From contig OZ024741.1 in NCBI GenBank assembly GCA_964016885.1, positions 159,712,001 through 159,776,000 of the forward strand: a stretch of DNA of 64,000 bases. Reading direction: 5' to 3'. How positions within the stretch are numbered: the first letter of the stretch is position 1; each line of letters opens with the position of its first letter. Below, one piece after another: positions 31,690 to 46,810 of this stretch. Under the pieces are notes generated by a model. It was not told the DNA's origin. It made no database searches and saw only the letters and a program-made list of their open reading frames with translations. The position numbers and the translations under genes are program-made. Source of the stretch: Eledone cirrhosa. Lineage: Eukaryota.

Positions 31690-32200
31690 ATTATTAAGTT
31701 GGTATATGCTGGCCTTGTGCCTATATAAGAAACCATTATTAAGTTGGTGAAGGGCGGTGGATTGGCAGTATCGGTAGAGGGTCGGACACTGCTTTGCAGC
31801 AAAGAGTTACAGCCCTTTATGGTCTGAGTTCAAATCCCGCCGAGGTTAACTTTGCCTTTCATCCTTATGAGGTCGATAAAATAAAGTACCAGTAATACAC
31901 TGGGATAATTGCTGGCCTTGTGCCAAAAGTAGAAACAATTATTAAGTTGGTGTATGCTGGCCTTGTGCCTATATAAGAAACCATTATTAAGTTGGGCGGT
32001 GGATTGGCAGTATCGGTAGAGGGGCGGACGTCATGCTTTGACGCATAGAGTTACGGCCCTTTCCCTTATGAGTTCAAATCCCCCCGAGGTCAACTTTGCC
32101 TTTCATCCTTACGGGGTCGATAAAATAAAGTACCAGTAATGTACTAGGTAATTGCTGGCCTTGTGCTAAAAGTAGAAACCATTATTAAGTTGGTGTATGA
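31690..32200 (+). mobile_element. Tandem SINE cluster (two full copies plus tail fragments)
   Basis: Full copies at about 31752-31942 and 31994-32186, separated by repeated ATTATTAAGTTGG. Confidence 0.85.
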
Positions 32201-32879
32201 AACATAAAAAAAAAAGGTTTTTACATAAAATTCTGATGACAGACTTTCAGATAAATATAAACATTACATAAATATAAACACTACGTATAATTTTCAAATA
32301 ATTTTGATATCTATCAAGAATTTGGAAAGATAAAGAAATATAATTAACTTTCTCATTTTAAAGTTGATGTTTAGAACATAACCTTATCGTTATGTTATTT
32401 CTAATGAAAAACACTACCTATGGTTTTTAAATAATTTTGAAAAAAAAAAAGATTGTAGGTATTTAGTAACATAATAACTAACTTCCTCAACCTGCTTTTT
32501 CGAACATAGCTTAACTTAGGTTCTTACATAGAATTATGAAGGAAGAGTTTTAGATAAATATAAACACTTTAAAATAAACAGTTTTTGTATCGTAGAACCA
32601 GCGGTGATTTCAGGCAGTTTGGTATTTGAAGGTTTAATACAGATTCGTACGTAGAATTATGATGGAATTTTGTTTTTAGATGATATGTACACTGTAAAAC
32701 AAACAATTCTCAAGCATTTTGATATAAAAAATGTTAAAGCATAAAGCTCAAGAGTATCAACATCATTATCGTATGTCTTATAGTGTATGTTTTCAGTACC
32801 TATCAATTGAGACCTTAACAGCTGGTGACAGTTTGTGAATGTGTTCAAATTTCTAAAAAATAATTCCTTCGTTTCGGAC

Positions 32880-33570
32880 TAGGCTGCGAATTGGCAAAGT
32901 CGTTAGAGCGTTAATTAAAAAATGCCGTATTTGTTTATGCTCTCAGCTCTCTGAATTCAAATACCACCAAGGTCAACTTTGCTTTCTATCCTTTTGAGAT
33001 TAATAAGGAACATTTCACTTCAATACTGATGTTTCTTACCCTTCTCTCATTCTCTGGAAGAAATCGGCCATGTTCCGACCGGGAAAGGAATGGGTTCCGT
33101 CAAGGTTAAAATGCCCAAGACACGCCATGTGTTAGGGCAGCTGCCCTTGAATTAATCAGGAGTTATGAGTCCTTTCTGTTGAAGCTAAGTAGAACATTAG
33201 GTAAGTTAAGGTCTCGCTGGGTAACTTAGGACACGGAACTTTGTGATGTTGGACTCCATCTTATAGACACTGGCCCAATTATATGTGATCTCAAGGATAT
33301 TTTTAGTGTTTTATGCTGAGTGTGATTTGTATGTATATTTGTCTATGATGACAACACTATGAGGAAAAAATAGAAGACTGTTTGGCGCAGTCGTTAGAGT
33401 GTCAGACAAAATGGTTTGGAGGTTTAGTTACGACTTTCTACGTTCTGAGTTCAAATCCCGCCGAGATCAACTTCGCATTTCATTCTTCCTGAGTCGAGAA
33501 AATAAAGTACGAGTTAAGTATTGGAGTTGAATTTCTAGCATTGTACCAATGTTAGAAAGAATTATGAGGA
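32880..33570 (+). mobile_element. Two diverged related SINE copies (about 32880-33010 and 33380-33565)
   Basis: TGAGTTCAAAT...TCAACTT.GC.TT motifs. Confidence 0.65.
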
Positions 33571-33849
33571 ACAAATCAATGCGCATACATAAATATACAG
33601 AAACATATCTATCTTTCTATCTGTGTGTGTGCGTGTGTGTGTAAGTATGTTGGATCTATGTCGGTTACGACGACGCATGTTCCAGCTTTTCGAACAACGG
33701 TGCAGTCTGTTAGTAAAGTGGGTGAAACTTTCACAGACACGTGTCTCATTAACGTAGCTCTCAAGAAAATTCGTGGTGACACAGTGTATGACGAAACTGG
33801 CTCTTTGATTTATGCATACAACTGAATTTTTCTAGCTGAGTAGACTGAG

Positions 33850-33952
33850 AACAACATGAAATAGAGTGTCTTGCTCAAGGATACAATTAGCCGCCAGGAA
33901 TCTAATTCACCACGTTACGATGGTAAACCAAACCCTGTAACCACTAAGATAC
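33850..33952 (-). mobile_element. CORE-like SINE fragment (second copy at 47757-47830)
   Basis: CTTGAGCAAGACACT core on the minus strand with a B-box-like motif. Confidence 0.55.
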
Positions 33953-33972
33953 GTACCTTCATACACACACAA

Positions 33973-34004
<32 letters not shown>

Positions 34005-34305
34005 ACATGCACACACACACATGAACACACGAACACACACACACACACACACATATATGTATATATACACGCAGGCACAGATAATGGTTGAAAGTTTTAT
34101 CTGTTGAAGATAGTGAAAATTTGGGTGGGAAAAGGAAAAGGTAGCAACGCCATCAAGTCTCATGTGACATGTGACTGTAATTTGTGACACTTCGGGACTT
34201 TGATTATAGGAACGGAGCGTGTTAAATGTGTATGTTTGTACATATTTGTGTGAATATTTTTAGTGTGTAAGTGTGCTGTACCTGTGTAAATGCGCAAATT
34301 AATGA

Positions 34306-34346
<41 letters not shown>

Positions 34347-34588
34347 ATATATGTATGTATATATATATATGTATATGTATATATGTATATATATGTATGT
34401 ATGGGGGAGGTGACTATGTGATTGTATGAATATGTGTACTGTTCGTGGGAATGCGTATACACAGATACAAACACACTCACACACACTCACACATTTATAT
34501 ATATCGTATGATTGCCGTATACACTCAAGCAGGCATACATAACTGCAGCTTTATATGAAGTGAGAGTGAGTGAGAGATAGATAAATAG

Positions 34589-34691
<103 letters not shown>

Positions 34692-35002
34692 GGAAGAAGT
34701 GGGGTGAATATATTAAAAATAGAAAAAGTACGTGTAATGAAATTATTTTCTAAAATAATTAAAGGTCGAGATAAAAGTGACAGAAGCATCATCATAAGTC
34801 ACGTGATTTTGAAATATTTTGACACCCCTGGACAAAACGGGTGGACGAACCAAAAAGGAATTATCTGAATTCAGAAGAAATGGAGAGATCTTATGTTGTG
34901 ATGGAGCCTTATCTGAATTACATACCTAACCATTTACCCGATAGCATACACACACACACACACACACACATAACACACACACACACACATATATATATAT
35001 AT

Positions 35003-35257
35003 GTAAAATATTTCCCAAGAAAAAGCAAAGGAAAAAAGAGTGCTCTATGTATAGAACAGAGGTATTTAATTAGAAAGTGTACAACACAATATATAACTAC
35101 TCCATTACCGAAGGTTTCAGGACGCTAGACAATATTAACATACGTCTAGTTCACTGATCTGTCTGATGAGCGAACTAGACGTATGTTAATATTGTCTAGG
35201 GCCCTGAAACCTTCGGTAATGGAGTAGTTATATATTGTGTTGTTCACTTTCTAATTA
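35003..35257. mobile_element. Fold-back element with hammerhead motif (family F1)
   Basis: Inverted repeat 35067-35257; right arm CTGATGA(35163)...GAAACC TTC GGTA; left arm lacks CTGATGA. Confidence 0.75.
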
Positions 35258-35265
35258 TATATATA

Positions 35266-35404
<139 letters not shown>

Positions 35405-35442
35405 CAGAGAGATAACTTTTTAAATTGATATACGCAAACAAC

Positions 35443-36091
35443 TCAATGAAACGATATATTAATAAATTATCAATTCAGAAAAGCATTTAAACATTGAACT
35501 TAGCCAAAATCCAGATTTAGGGGAATATAAGCTAGACTGACTAAAGTAAGTCAGTTTTACTCGTATAGTCTCCAACGATGGTTTCTGGAATTGAAGAAAC
35601 AATATTACTCATTTCAAATTCCTTCGTCAGGGGAGCAATTTTTGAAATAAGAGAAATTGAATATATATAGCACATACAACCTCGAGACCGCATGGTCTCT
35701 GACGCATTGTGTCGTTGAATTACGACATGATTATGAACATATATCACTCAATGTGTTAGGACAGTACGACGAGCTTATAGCAGCTAAAACCGTCTAAATC
35801 TACTCAACAATTAAGAAGTAGTTAATATCAATTTAAAAAGCTATCTGTCTCTAATACTTAGAAATCTCAATGAAAGGATAAAATGTATCAATAAATAATT
35901 TATATTTAGACAATACAATGAAACGATATATTAATACATTATCAATTTAGAGAAGCAATTAAACATATTGAACTTAGCCAAAATCCCGATTTAGGGTAAT
36001 ATAAGCTAACTGACGAAAGTAAGTCAGTTTTACGACTATAATTCCCCAACCATGGTTTCTGGAAGTGAAGAAACATATTAGTATTTCAAAA
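35443..36091. repeat. Diverged ~175-bp direct repeat pair (35443-35620, 35916-36091)
   Basis: CAATGAAACGATATATTAAT...GGTTTCTGGAA.TGAAGAAAC shared by both copies. Confidence 0.8.
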
Positions 36092-36108
36092 TGGAATACC
36101 ATGGTTAT

Positions 36109-36152
<44 letters not shown>

Positions 36153-36295
36153 ATGCTTTGGGAGTGTCATGTTGCCAATAAGAAATACACGCACCAGTTG
36201 CTTTCACTCCAAATTTTATAAATTAGATTTACAAATTTAAGAATTCATAAATTTCCGGTTGGTTGGTTCCATAACCGGACGGTTGTTCATATATT

Positions 36296-36338
36296 GTCAA
36301 AGTTCTTTCGTCACACATGCTGTGACCTCTTCAGTGAC
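36296..36338 (-). ncRNA. Minimal type I hammerhead ribozyme in the Penelope left terminus
   Basis: GUCA CUGAAGA G GUCACA-GCAUG-UGUGAC GAAAG AA CUU UGAC. Confidence 0.65.
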
Positions 36339-37349
36339 TGGGGATTATTTTCTTTGTTTTGTGCCTCTCCTTTGTTCTGTCCTACGCCATCTTGTTTTTG
36401 TGTGTGTTGTGTGCTTAGTTTGCGCATGTGTTACATCCGGGTGTCTGTCTGTGTTTTTATTTGTTTATTTATTTGTTTATTTACATGTTACTGGTTGGTT
36501 GTTTGTTCTATGTGTGTGTGTGTTTTCATTTTGTCCTTAATTGTAAGTTGTGATGTTGCTATTCCATTCATGTTTTCTATTTAATTTTGGTTGGAGTTCA
36601 TTTATGTTTATTGCCTCTGTGATTTGTCTAAACATTGCGTATTTTCTGTGTGTAGATTATATTTTTATTTCTATGTTCTCTAATTTGCCCTTATGTTCTA
36701 TTTTAGCATGTTGGTGGAGTATTGATGATTCTTTTTTATCTTGAAGTTCTCGCCAGTGTTCATTTAACCGTTCTCCTATACTACGAGCTGTCTCACCTAT
36801 GTACACTATATTCTTATCTTTACATTGTCCTTCAGTACATCTATATACTACATTTCTAGTTTTACAGTTGATATGAGGGGGGGGGGGGGCTTAGTTTACA
36901 GATTATGCATTTCTTATCTATACAGGGAGGTCTTTGAAAAGGGTATGTATTGCTAATAAGTGTTTTTATGGAGGTACCTGGTCTTTCTACTATCTTAATA
37001 TTAAGTTTATGCTTATCTAGGGCCCTTTTAAATTTGTAAGCTAATTCACCTCTAGGGGTTGTATTGATGAACATTACACTCTGGTATTTATTGCTATCAT
37101 ACCATGAGTTTATTCTATTAACTTTATTCCTAGTTCTTTCTATTCTATTCCAAAATTTGCTCCTATACAAGGGGCAGGTCCCATTTGTATCATTATTTAC
37201 TATTTTTTCCCATTTGGTTCTGGCTCCTCTATACACTCTGATTTTACCTCCATTCTATTTTGCTTCTTGCTATACTGTTCTATAATATTTCTAAGTTTAG
37301 ATCTAGCTCTACTAAATTGTGCTTCTGTTTGTTCATCGACCTGCGACGG

Positions 37350-38830
37350 CAATTGCGTGCGTTTGTTAAAAGCTAAAGTCGTGGTGTGGACTCGTCGTAG
37401 GTCGAGAAATATTATAGAGCAGTATAGCAAGAAGCAAAATAGAATAGAGGCCCAGCAACTGGGAGAAAAATCTGCAAATGGCTTGCGTAAGATCATGCAG
37501 CGCTCGCGTAATGGAGAGATTGCATGTTTTCCAACAGACAAGTCTGGCAGAATGTCGGTTGACAGTCTGTCAAACTACATGCAGGCAATGCAACCCCACA
37601 TCACTAACACAAGAGAAGTAACATCACAAGAGCATAAGGATAGGGAGAAAACCCTCAATGCCCATATGATGATGTGGACAAACATAATGCAGCCCAATAA
37701 AAGGACTGCCAACAACTTCCAGGCCTGGAACAATGACGTGCCAGCGTTGTATGGGCTTCGAAAAGACCACAAAACGAGCAGTGACCTTGTCACAGAACCA
37801 CCAACATTGCTAGTAACTACAGACTTTCCTACTTCCTCTCCCTGATCATACGCCCCATCATTGAAATGTCCCCAGATATATGTGACAGCACGGAGGACCT
37901 CCTCAGCAGAATCAGAGGAGGAGCAGCCATTGGTGTTAGCATTGCAGGTAACATAGCTAACCTATTCATGGTATGGTGGGACAATAAACTTAAACCTAAA
38001 CTTAAAGAACAATTAGAAGACAGCAACCTCTTAACCCTGATAATGTACTCCCGCTACGTTGATGATATAAACATCGTAGTAAAAACACCCCACTAGAGAA
38101 CAGTCAGGAATTAGAGAAAAACACCATGGAAAGCATCCAGCATATAGCTAACTCCATCCACCAGAGTATTAGAGTTACTATAGACTACCCAAGCAAACAC
38201 CCCAACCATCGATTACCTGTACTAGACACAGAGCTCTGGTTAGAAACTATTAATAACAAAAAACAAATCCTCCATTCCCATTATGCCAAACCCATGACTT
38301 CCAAATATCTGATCCACCGAAACTCAGCTGTTTCGGATCACACCAAAATCAACATACTGATTGTGGATTTGGTACGGGTGATGAGAAACGTGTCCTGCAT
38401 GTGCAACCCCAAAGAACTAGAGAGACACATACAACACTTCATCCACCGTATGCAGTTCTCTGGTTACAATCAGAGAGATATTTAGCAATACATACCCTTT
38501 TCAAAGACCTACCTGTATAGATAAGAAATGCATAATCTGTAAACTAAGCCCCCCCCCCCCCCCTCATATTAACTGTAAAACTAGAAATGTAGTATATAGC
38601 ATAAGATGTACTGAAGGACAATGTAAAGATAAGAATATAGTGTACATAGGTGAGACAGCTCGTAGTGTAGGAGAACGGTTAAATGAACACTGGCGAGAAC
38701 TTCAAGATAAAAAAGAATCATCAATACTCCACCAACATGCTAAAATAGAACATAGAAATAAAAATAGAATCTACACACAGAAAATACGCAATGTTTAGAC
38801 AAATCACAGAGGCAATAAACATAAATGAAC
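37350..38830 (+). pseudogene. Penelope RT + GIY-YIG endonuclease, fragmented
   Basis: ORF pieces 37267-37845, 37866-38096 and 38126-38485; endonuclease at 38574-38830. Confidence 0.85.
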
Positions 38831-39110
38831 TCCAACCAAAATTAAATAGAAAACATGAATGGAACAGCAACATCACAACTTACAATTAAGGACAAAATGA
38901 AAACACACACACACATAAAACAAACAACCAACCAGTAACATGTAAAAAAACAAATAAATAAACAAATAAAAACACAGACAGACACCCGGATGTAACACAT
39001 GCGCAAACTAAGCACACAACACTCATAAAAACAAGATGGCGTAGGACAGAACAAAAGAGCGGCACAAAACAAAGAAAAGGAGAGGCACAAAACAAAGAAA
39101 AGAATCCCCA

Positions 39111-39153
39111 GTCACTGAAGAGGTCACAGAATGTGTGACGAAAGAACTTTGAC
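39111..39153 (+). ncRNA. Minimal type I hammerhead ribozyme in the Penelope right terminus
   Basis: GUCA CUGAAGA G GUCACA-GAAUG-UGUGAC GAAAG AA CUU UGAC; 4-bp stem I, 6-bp stem II. Confidence 0.65.
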
Positions 39154-39578
39154 AATATATGAACAACCGTCCGGTTATGGAACCAACCAACCAACCGGAA
39201 ATTTATAAATTCTTAAATTTATAAATTTAATTTATAATAAATTGGAGTGAAAGCAACTGGTGCGTGTGTTTCTTATTGGCAACATGACCCTCCCAAAGCA
39301 TAACAATATCGGTTTCAACACACGTTTTCAGATAAAGAATCTTGCTAAACAAATTAAGAAACGAAATATATATATATATATCAAAAGTATGTCCATACAA
39401 TCATTTGATAAAATATATACACCATTTCCTCTCCCAATTAGCATAATTAACCACATAAAAAATCAATTAGACCAGGCTATAAGAATAAAGGCTCCTATGA
39501 AGAAATATTTGATAAATAAACGGCAACAGCCTCCTCGCGGCCGACCGCGATAGAGTATTTACCCAACATTTCAACAGC

Positions 39579-40060
<482 letters not shown>

Positions 40061-40137
40061 GCACGCACGCACACATACACACACACACACACACGCACAC
40101 ACGCACACACGCACGCACACACACACACACACACACA

Positions 40138-40243
<106 letters not shown>

Positions 40244-41650
40244 CATGTATATGTACCAAAGACATATGTCACCGAGTTCAACAGTTAATACATTATTTAT
40301 TTGATTTACACATGTTTCATTCTCTTCGGTAAATATTATTTACAATATCCTTATAAATAAATCGTTAGGATCAATCATATATACACCATATTAAAACATG
40401 TTTAATTATCGATCGATGTATTCTGCTGTAACCGCATGTTTCAGCTGTAAACTGTAAACAAAGTTTTTTCTAAGTTTATGGAAGGTTGCCAGAATTATTT
40501 AACGGTACTTTTCATATTAGTTGATATTACCAACAGTCCTATTCTGATGTTAGTATAATCTGCTATTAATGCAACTAAATTAGTATTTACTGAAGTTATA
40601 ATCAAATTTAACCCCAGTATATAATTTTTTGAGCGTTAATGTTATGAAGTATATGGAAGGATATAATGGTTAAAAATATCTAGGATTTATCAGCATTTAT
40701 TTTATTAACTTATTTATATGTACCAGTATTAATACATGTAGCCACCAACTGCTCCTATATATGTAGCCAAACCATATATGTATAGACCCCGCGTCCATAC
40801 ACGCATACATATACGCACATACTCATATATACACCCAATCATATACATACACACATATATTCACACATATATACACATATACATATGCACACATACATAC
40901 ATACACACACACACACACATATATATATTTATAGGCCTTATGTCCATAAATACGTTCTTATGTCTATCCATACATAAGCAAAACCCTTAACATACAATAC
41001 ACATATGCGTATACATATTTACAAATATACTTTCATACCTGCAGGTACATATATTTACATCCACACATACTTGTAGATTATCATCCATACATACACCTGC
41101 ATCCAAACATACATACAACACACATGCGTATATGCATATATACATATACACGCAAACACACACACACACACATATATATATATATGTGTGTGTGCGTGTG
41201 TGTGTGTATTTACACACACATACTCACATACATACACATACTCACGTACACAACACACATATACAACTATATAATCTCATTCGCACTGGGGTTAATATAA
41301 GGAACTTTACCCTTCCCTTAAAATTGCTGGCCGTGTGCCTATTATTTGAAATATATATATTACATCAACCTAGTTGTTGAACTAAAAAATACGACGGTTA
41401 AGGAATCATAGCTGTAAGCTGTGTAAGCTGGAAAGGGCGGTGCCCCAGCATGGCCTCATCCGGATGGACGGAACGGTAAAAAGAGGGTAAAGGAGTGTAG
41501 AGTAATATAGAAACTATGTCATACGACGACGGCTACCTGACGATGTCCATCGCCCCCATACCAGTAATTGAAGTGTCGTGTGGCTGAGAGGGCTGGGTAA
41601 GGTTTTGAGGGACATGTATCTAATTTAGAGCTATGCAGTATAGTTTAAAG

Positions 41651-42003
41651 CAGGCACGGGCAACCTTTTTCGAGAAGCGGGCCGCATGAGATATGGCTCA
41701 TCATCAGGCGGGCCACAAGCGCTAATTTACATTCGTGCCCACATTAAAAAAAGGGCGGTAACTCAGGTTGTTTTGATTTGTTTCTTCTGAATTCGTACAC
41801 GTTGTTTTCCTCGATCGTAAAAATGATAGAAAGATAAATTACGACTGAAAAGTTGGGGTAAAAAAAAAAATCAGAAAGATTTCACTTTCATTTAGTCGTA
41901 GATTTTATTATTCTGATATGTAAATTAGCGCCAAAAGTTTTTCTTTTTCTGACTTAGACGAGCCATTCAGAGAGCTTTGCGGGCCGCAGATTGCCCATGA
42001 CTG
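41651..42003. mobile_element. hAT (Charlie-like) MITE
   Basis: TIRs CAGGCACGGGCAA / TTGCCCATGACTG; perfect 8-bp TSD GTTTAAAG. Confidence 0.85.
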
Positions 42004-42513
42004 GTTTAAAGCTTAATTGTGATATTATGAGTTGCATTTGCTTCAGTTATAGTTAAGGTATTTGTTCCCCTTTTAGCTTAAGGCAAGGTGCAGGGTGTTT
42101 AGTTTTCAAAATTACCTTGAATGTTTTTAGTAGTGCAGCTCGCCTTTAGTCTTATACGAAAAACGTTGTCTATGCTTGGCATGTACAGTCTTGGTTATAT
42201 ATACAATCACATCTATAAAGGCATTCATAGACTATTTATAATAGATATAAGCATGCTCCAGAAATCCTAGTATAAGTAGAGAAGGTTACGGCATTCTCAC
42301 ACGAACAATTTCTCAACGTTGAACATTTTTCTACTTATTTTCTTACAAATTTTGCTATTTATTTGTTGGCGTATTTCTCAACCCGAAACGGCTTGAGCTC
42401 AGCCGTCGGGGTCCTACTCGTTCCTATTACCCACTCTACTACCATAAGTATTGAGTACTTTGGTGCGTTATGGTCCACCTGGTTCCTTACCACATTTCCT
42501 TCGTTATATATAT

Positions 42514-42545
<32 letters not shown>

Positions 42546-42560
42546 GCATATATATATATT

Positions 42561-42707
<147 letters not shown>

Positions 42708-43605
42708 TCACATATATGTGTATATATATACATATTACATATAAATGAATTTTACAAAACTAAACTCTATTATGTATGTATATATGAGTATATATTTATA
42801 AATATTTTTGTCTTGTCACAAACGCGTCTTAAACACGTACTTACTCACACACACACATACACACAGAGACACACATACTCACACAGAGATACACACATGC
42901 ATATATTTATGTATGTCCACACATATTGAATGTATCTATAAATCGAATGAATGAAAGTGATATTCTGAGAGATTTGCTTATTGCTTAGATTGGTATCGTG
43001 AATCTATGTCACATATACACATCAATCTATATAGCTTTATATAACTGTATATAGCTGTATATAAACGTATTATATGTAATAGTATATACTTATATATACA
43101 CGCAAACAGGTTAGCATTACATCTAACGGCAAATCGTTCCTAAATATCACAGGGTCAAATAGCTGGCTTTGCAGTATGCGCACTTGATATAATCGCATTA
43201 AGGGGGAGATAAGTAAGAAAATAAAGAATATTTCTATCAAACACAACGCTAACTCTATCTATCATATATATACATATATAAATACACATACTTTCTCACA
43301 CACTCACACACACACCTCACATACAGAAAGGCACATATATATATATATATAAATGTGCATAAGTATGCTGCTGTTTTTTTGAGTGTTTCAGAAGAAATAA
43401 AAAGAAGGTAGATATAAATCCATGGAAATCTTGAAAATCTTGTGAAACAATTATACATTCTCAGATGTAGCGATTGGGTGTGTGTATAACTTTAAGGGGT
43501 CTGATATTTATCATCAAACACCACACAGCCCCCTTTAAAAAATTGGGCCTTTTTTTTCAACCAAGGAGCATATAGTTAGACATATAAGTATACATACATA
43601 CATAA

Positions 43606-43688
<83 letters not shown>

Positions 43689-43846
43689 AATACATACATA
43701 GGCTTCTATGGCTTATGTGTGTATGTGTTGTCTGTTTGGTATCTTATCCTATTATTATAAATATACCTTCCAGCTCTCTGTGTTTTCACTCTCTATATTA
43801 TCTCACTGTGGATTATTTTTCTACTTACTCTCTCTATGTATTTCTG

Positions 43847-43910
<64 letters not shown>

Positions 43911-43987
43911 CATACATATATATGTATATATATATATACATCTAATAGAATAAAAACGGTATAGAAATATACAGACACACACACAGG

Positions 43988-44029
<42 letters not shown>

Positions 44030-44428
44030 GTATATTTTATTTTCGTATCCTGTGCGTGTTGTTTCTGTTTCTATACAGTCTTTATTCTTTTAGATGTATT
44101 TTTCCCCCAATGTTTTTCTCTTTCTGTGTGTCTGTATGTGCGTGTGAATGTATTTGTTAGCTTATCTGTTGAGATGCTTCTCAAATTTTTTTTTGCCTTT
44201 CCCAGTTAAGTATGTCCTTAAATATATACTTACTTATCTTCACCTTTGTGTGGGTAGTCCAACACCTATACATACATACATACATACATACATACATACA
44301 TACATACATACATACATACATACATGCATACATACCTGCATGCATCGATACAAATATATATAAAGTATATAAAATAGTATATATATATTCACACACATGT
44401 ACGTATATATATGTATGTATATATGTAC

Positions 44429-44476
<48 letters not shown>

Positions 44477-44937
44477 TTATGTACACAAACAAACACACGC
44501 ACACAAGCATTGTCACGAATTTTATGTCCACTTTCTTTTCTCGAAAGGGTTGTAGACAAACTCACACAGATACAAACCGAATTTCATACATATATATACA
44601 GGCAATCATATATATGAAACTGCCGTGATACTTGAACCATTTTCGTGAAATTGAATATTTTATGATGTCTTTGAGGATATAGGCTGGAGTGGAATTATGG
44701 TTTAAACGCGAGTTCCTTGAGTCAATGCTCGGATACTATTAGATAGAAACATCTCTGTATATATTTTTCACCATTCTCTTTTTCACCTCTTTCTTGTTGA
44801 AACACGTGTAAGACAAATATATCTTTATATATAAAGAAAAACACGAAATTTATTTGCATTCCTTTGTTGCTTGGATTCATTATCTAAATACAAAACGAGC
44901 ATGCAATAGTGTATATATATATATATATGTATATATT

Positions 44938-44968
<31 letters not shown>

Positions 44969-44973
44969 GTATA

Positions 44974-45047
<74 letters not shown>

Positions 45048-45198
45048 TATATATATACACACACATACACACACAGACACACACACACACACACACACTC
45101 GCACGCACGTACACACACATACCCCCCCGCACACACACACATATATATATATATACATACATATATATATATCTTTCGCGAGTTTACATGGGTAGTCC

Positions 45199-45299
<101 letters not shown>

Positions 45300-45785
45300 G
45301 CACACACACACACACATACACACACATACATACACACACACACATATATAGGTTAAAAACATAAAACAAAAACAATAACGAAGAGTGCAGTACAAACAGT
45401 GTTAGTATTAGGTTCACGCTTGAGAGTGTGGGACATATATATATTATATACATATATATATGCGGAAAATATGTTTAGAAACGTTGAGCGAAATTTGAGA
45501 GTTGTGAAAAGGTTATAAGCATCATCAGTTTTTTAAAACTATAGATAAATAGTCAAAATAATAGGGTATATAAGTCCACTTAACGGGGAAAACGGACATT
45601 AGCACCTGCGGGACACGAACCTATAATGCTCACTGCAGGTGCTAAGGTCCATTATCTCTGTTTAGAGGGCTTTTACGCACTATTATTTTAGTCTCTTTTT
45701 CGATAGTCAAAAAATTCGACGATGCTTCTAACTTTTTAATATATATATAAAGAAGAACATTTTCGCTCTACATGGCTGAATACAA

Positions 45786-46545
45786 TAAATGTAATCTGAG
45801 TTTTTCGTATATTAATAATAACATTCGATTCGTTTGCAATTATGCAAACAAACCTCAATTTTATAACCATGTCAGTAGAATGAACTCTTCATTCTTGTTC
45901 TTGTGTTGGCATGTGAACTAATGTTTCTGGGTATCACCCTTCATCAGTACAGCTCACTGTTCACGTGCCAAACTGTCAGAGCTAGTGAAAATATATGCTA
46001 TTTTCAAAAATACACAGACTGATCGGCCTGATTTGCATATCAGCAGACTGGCCAGTCAGTTTCCTGTATACGAGCGATAAATGGCCGATCAGTCACAGTG
46101 TATTTTTGAAAATAGCACATATTTTCACTAGCTCTGACAGTTTGGCAGGTGAACAGTGAGCTGTACTGATGAAGGGTGATACCCAGAAACATTAGTGTCT
46201 GCAGTTCTGTTGACATGCCAACACAAGAGCAAGAATGAGGAGTTTCATTCTACTGACATGGCTATAAAATTGAGGCTTGTTTGCATAATTTTAAACGAAT
46301 CGAATGTTATTATTAATATTCGAAAAGGGGCGGTGAATTGGCAGTATCGTAGAGGGTTGGACGCCATGCTTTCTAGCAAAGTTACGTCCCTTTACAGTCT
46401 GAGTTCAAATCCCGCTGAGGTTAACTTTGCCTTTCATCCTTACGGGGTCGATAAAATAAAGTACCAGTAATGTACTGGGTAATTGCTGGCCTTGTGCCTA
46501 AAGTAGAAACAATTATTAATATTCGAAAAACTCAGATTACATTTA
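45786..46545. mobile_element. Long fold-back element (family F2) with a hammerhead ribozyme, interrupted by a SINE
   Basis: Arms of ~245 bp around a centre near 46055; SINE 46327-46512 with TSD TTATTAATATTCGAAAA. Confidence 0.8.
46152..46211 (+). ncRNA. Type I hammerhead ribozyme (GUC cleavage after 46199)
   Basis: GAGCUGUA CUGAUGA A GGGU-GAU-ACCC A GAA ACA-UUAG-UGU C UGCAGUUC; 8-bp stem I plus AACA/UGUU extension. Confidence 0.8.
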
Positions 46546-46810
46546 ATATATATATATTTTAAAGTTGAGACAGTAAACAGAAAACAAAAAAAACGTGGAA
46601 GCGAAGAGGCAGTACAAATGTTATTATTAGTTTCATAGGTAGAGGGTCGGACACCATGCTTTGACGCATAGAGTTACGCCCCTTGCCATTCTGAGTTCAA
46701 ATCCCGCCGAGGTTAACTTTGCCTTTCATCCTAACGGGGTCGATAAAATAAAGTACCAGTAATGCACTGGGGTAATTGCTGGCTTTGTGCCAGAAGTAGA
46801 AACAATTATT
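46327..46810 (+). mobile_element. Two tRNA-derived SINE copies (46327-46512, ~46638-46810)
   Basis: Same family as above; both flanked by short direct repeats. Confidence 0.85.

Larger units (their letters stand above)
36147..39307 (+). mobile_element. Penelope-like element, rearranged, with long inverted terminal arms
   Basis: RT motifs PTDKSG, PALYGLRKDHK, GAAIG, RYVDD, LPVLD on +; GIY-YIG VVYSIRC...IVYIGETAR..ERLNEH; arms 36147-36955 and 38483-39307 are inverted copies; left end abuts (TA)n. Confidence 0.9.

Noticed and set aside
31752-31845. tRNA gene
   Set aside because: A/B boxes belong to the SINE head; no cloverleaf; present in many SINE copies
32233-32250. CTGATGA motif
   Set aside because: No stem II or GAAA follows
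35760-36045. HHR-like remnants (GACGAGCT...AGCTAAAAC; CTGACGAAAGTAA...TTAC)
   Set aside because: Multiple core mismatches; not supportable from the sequence
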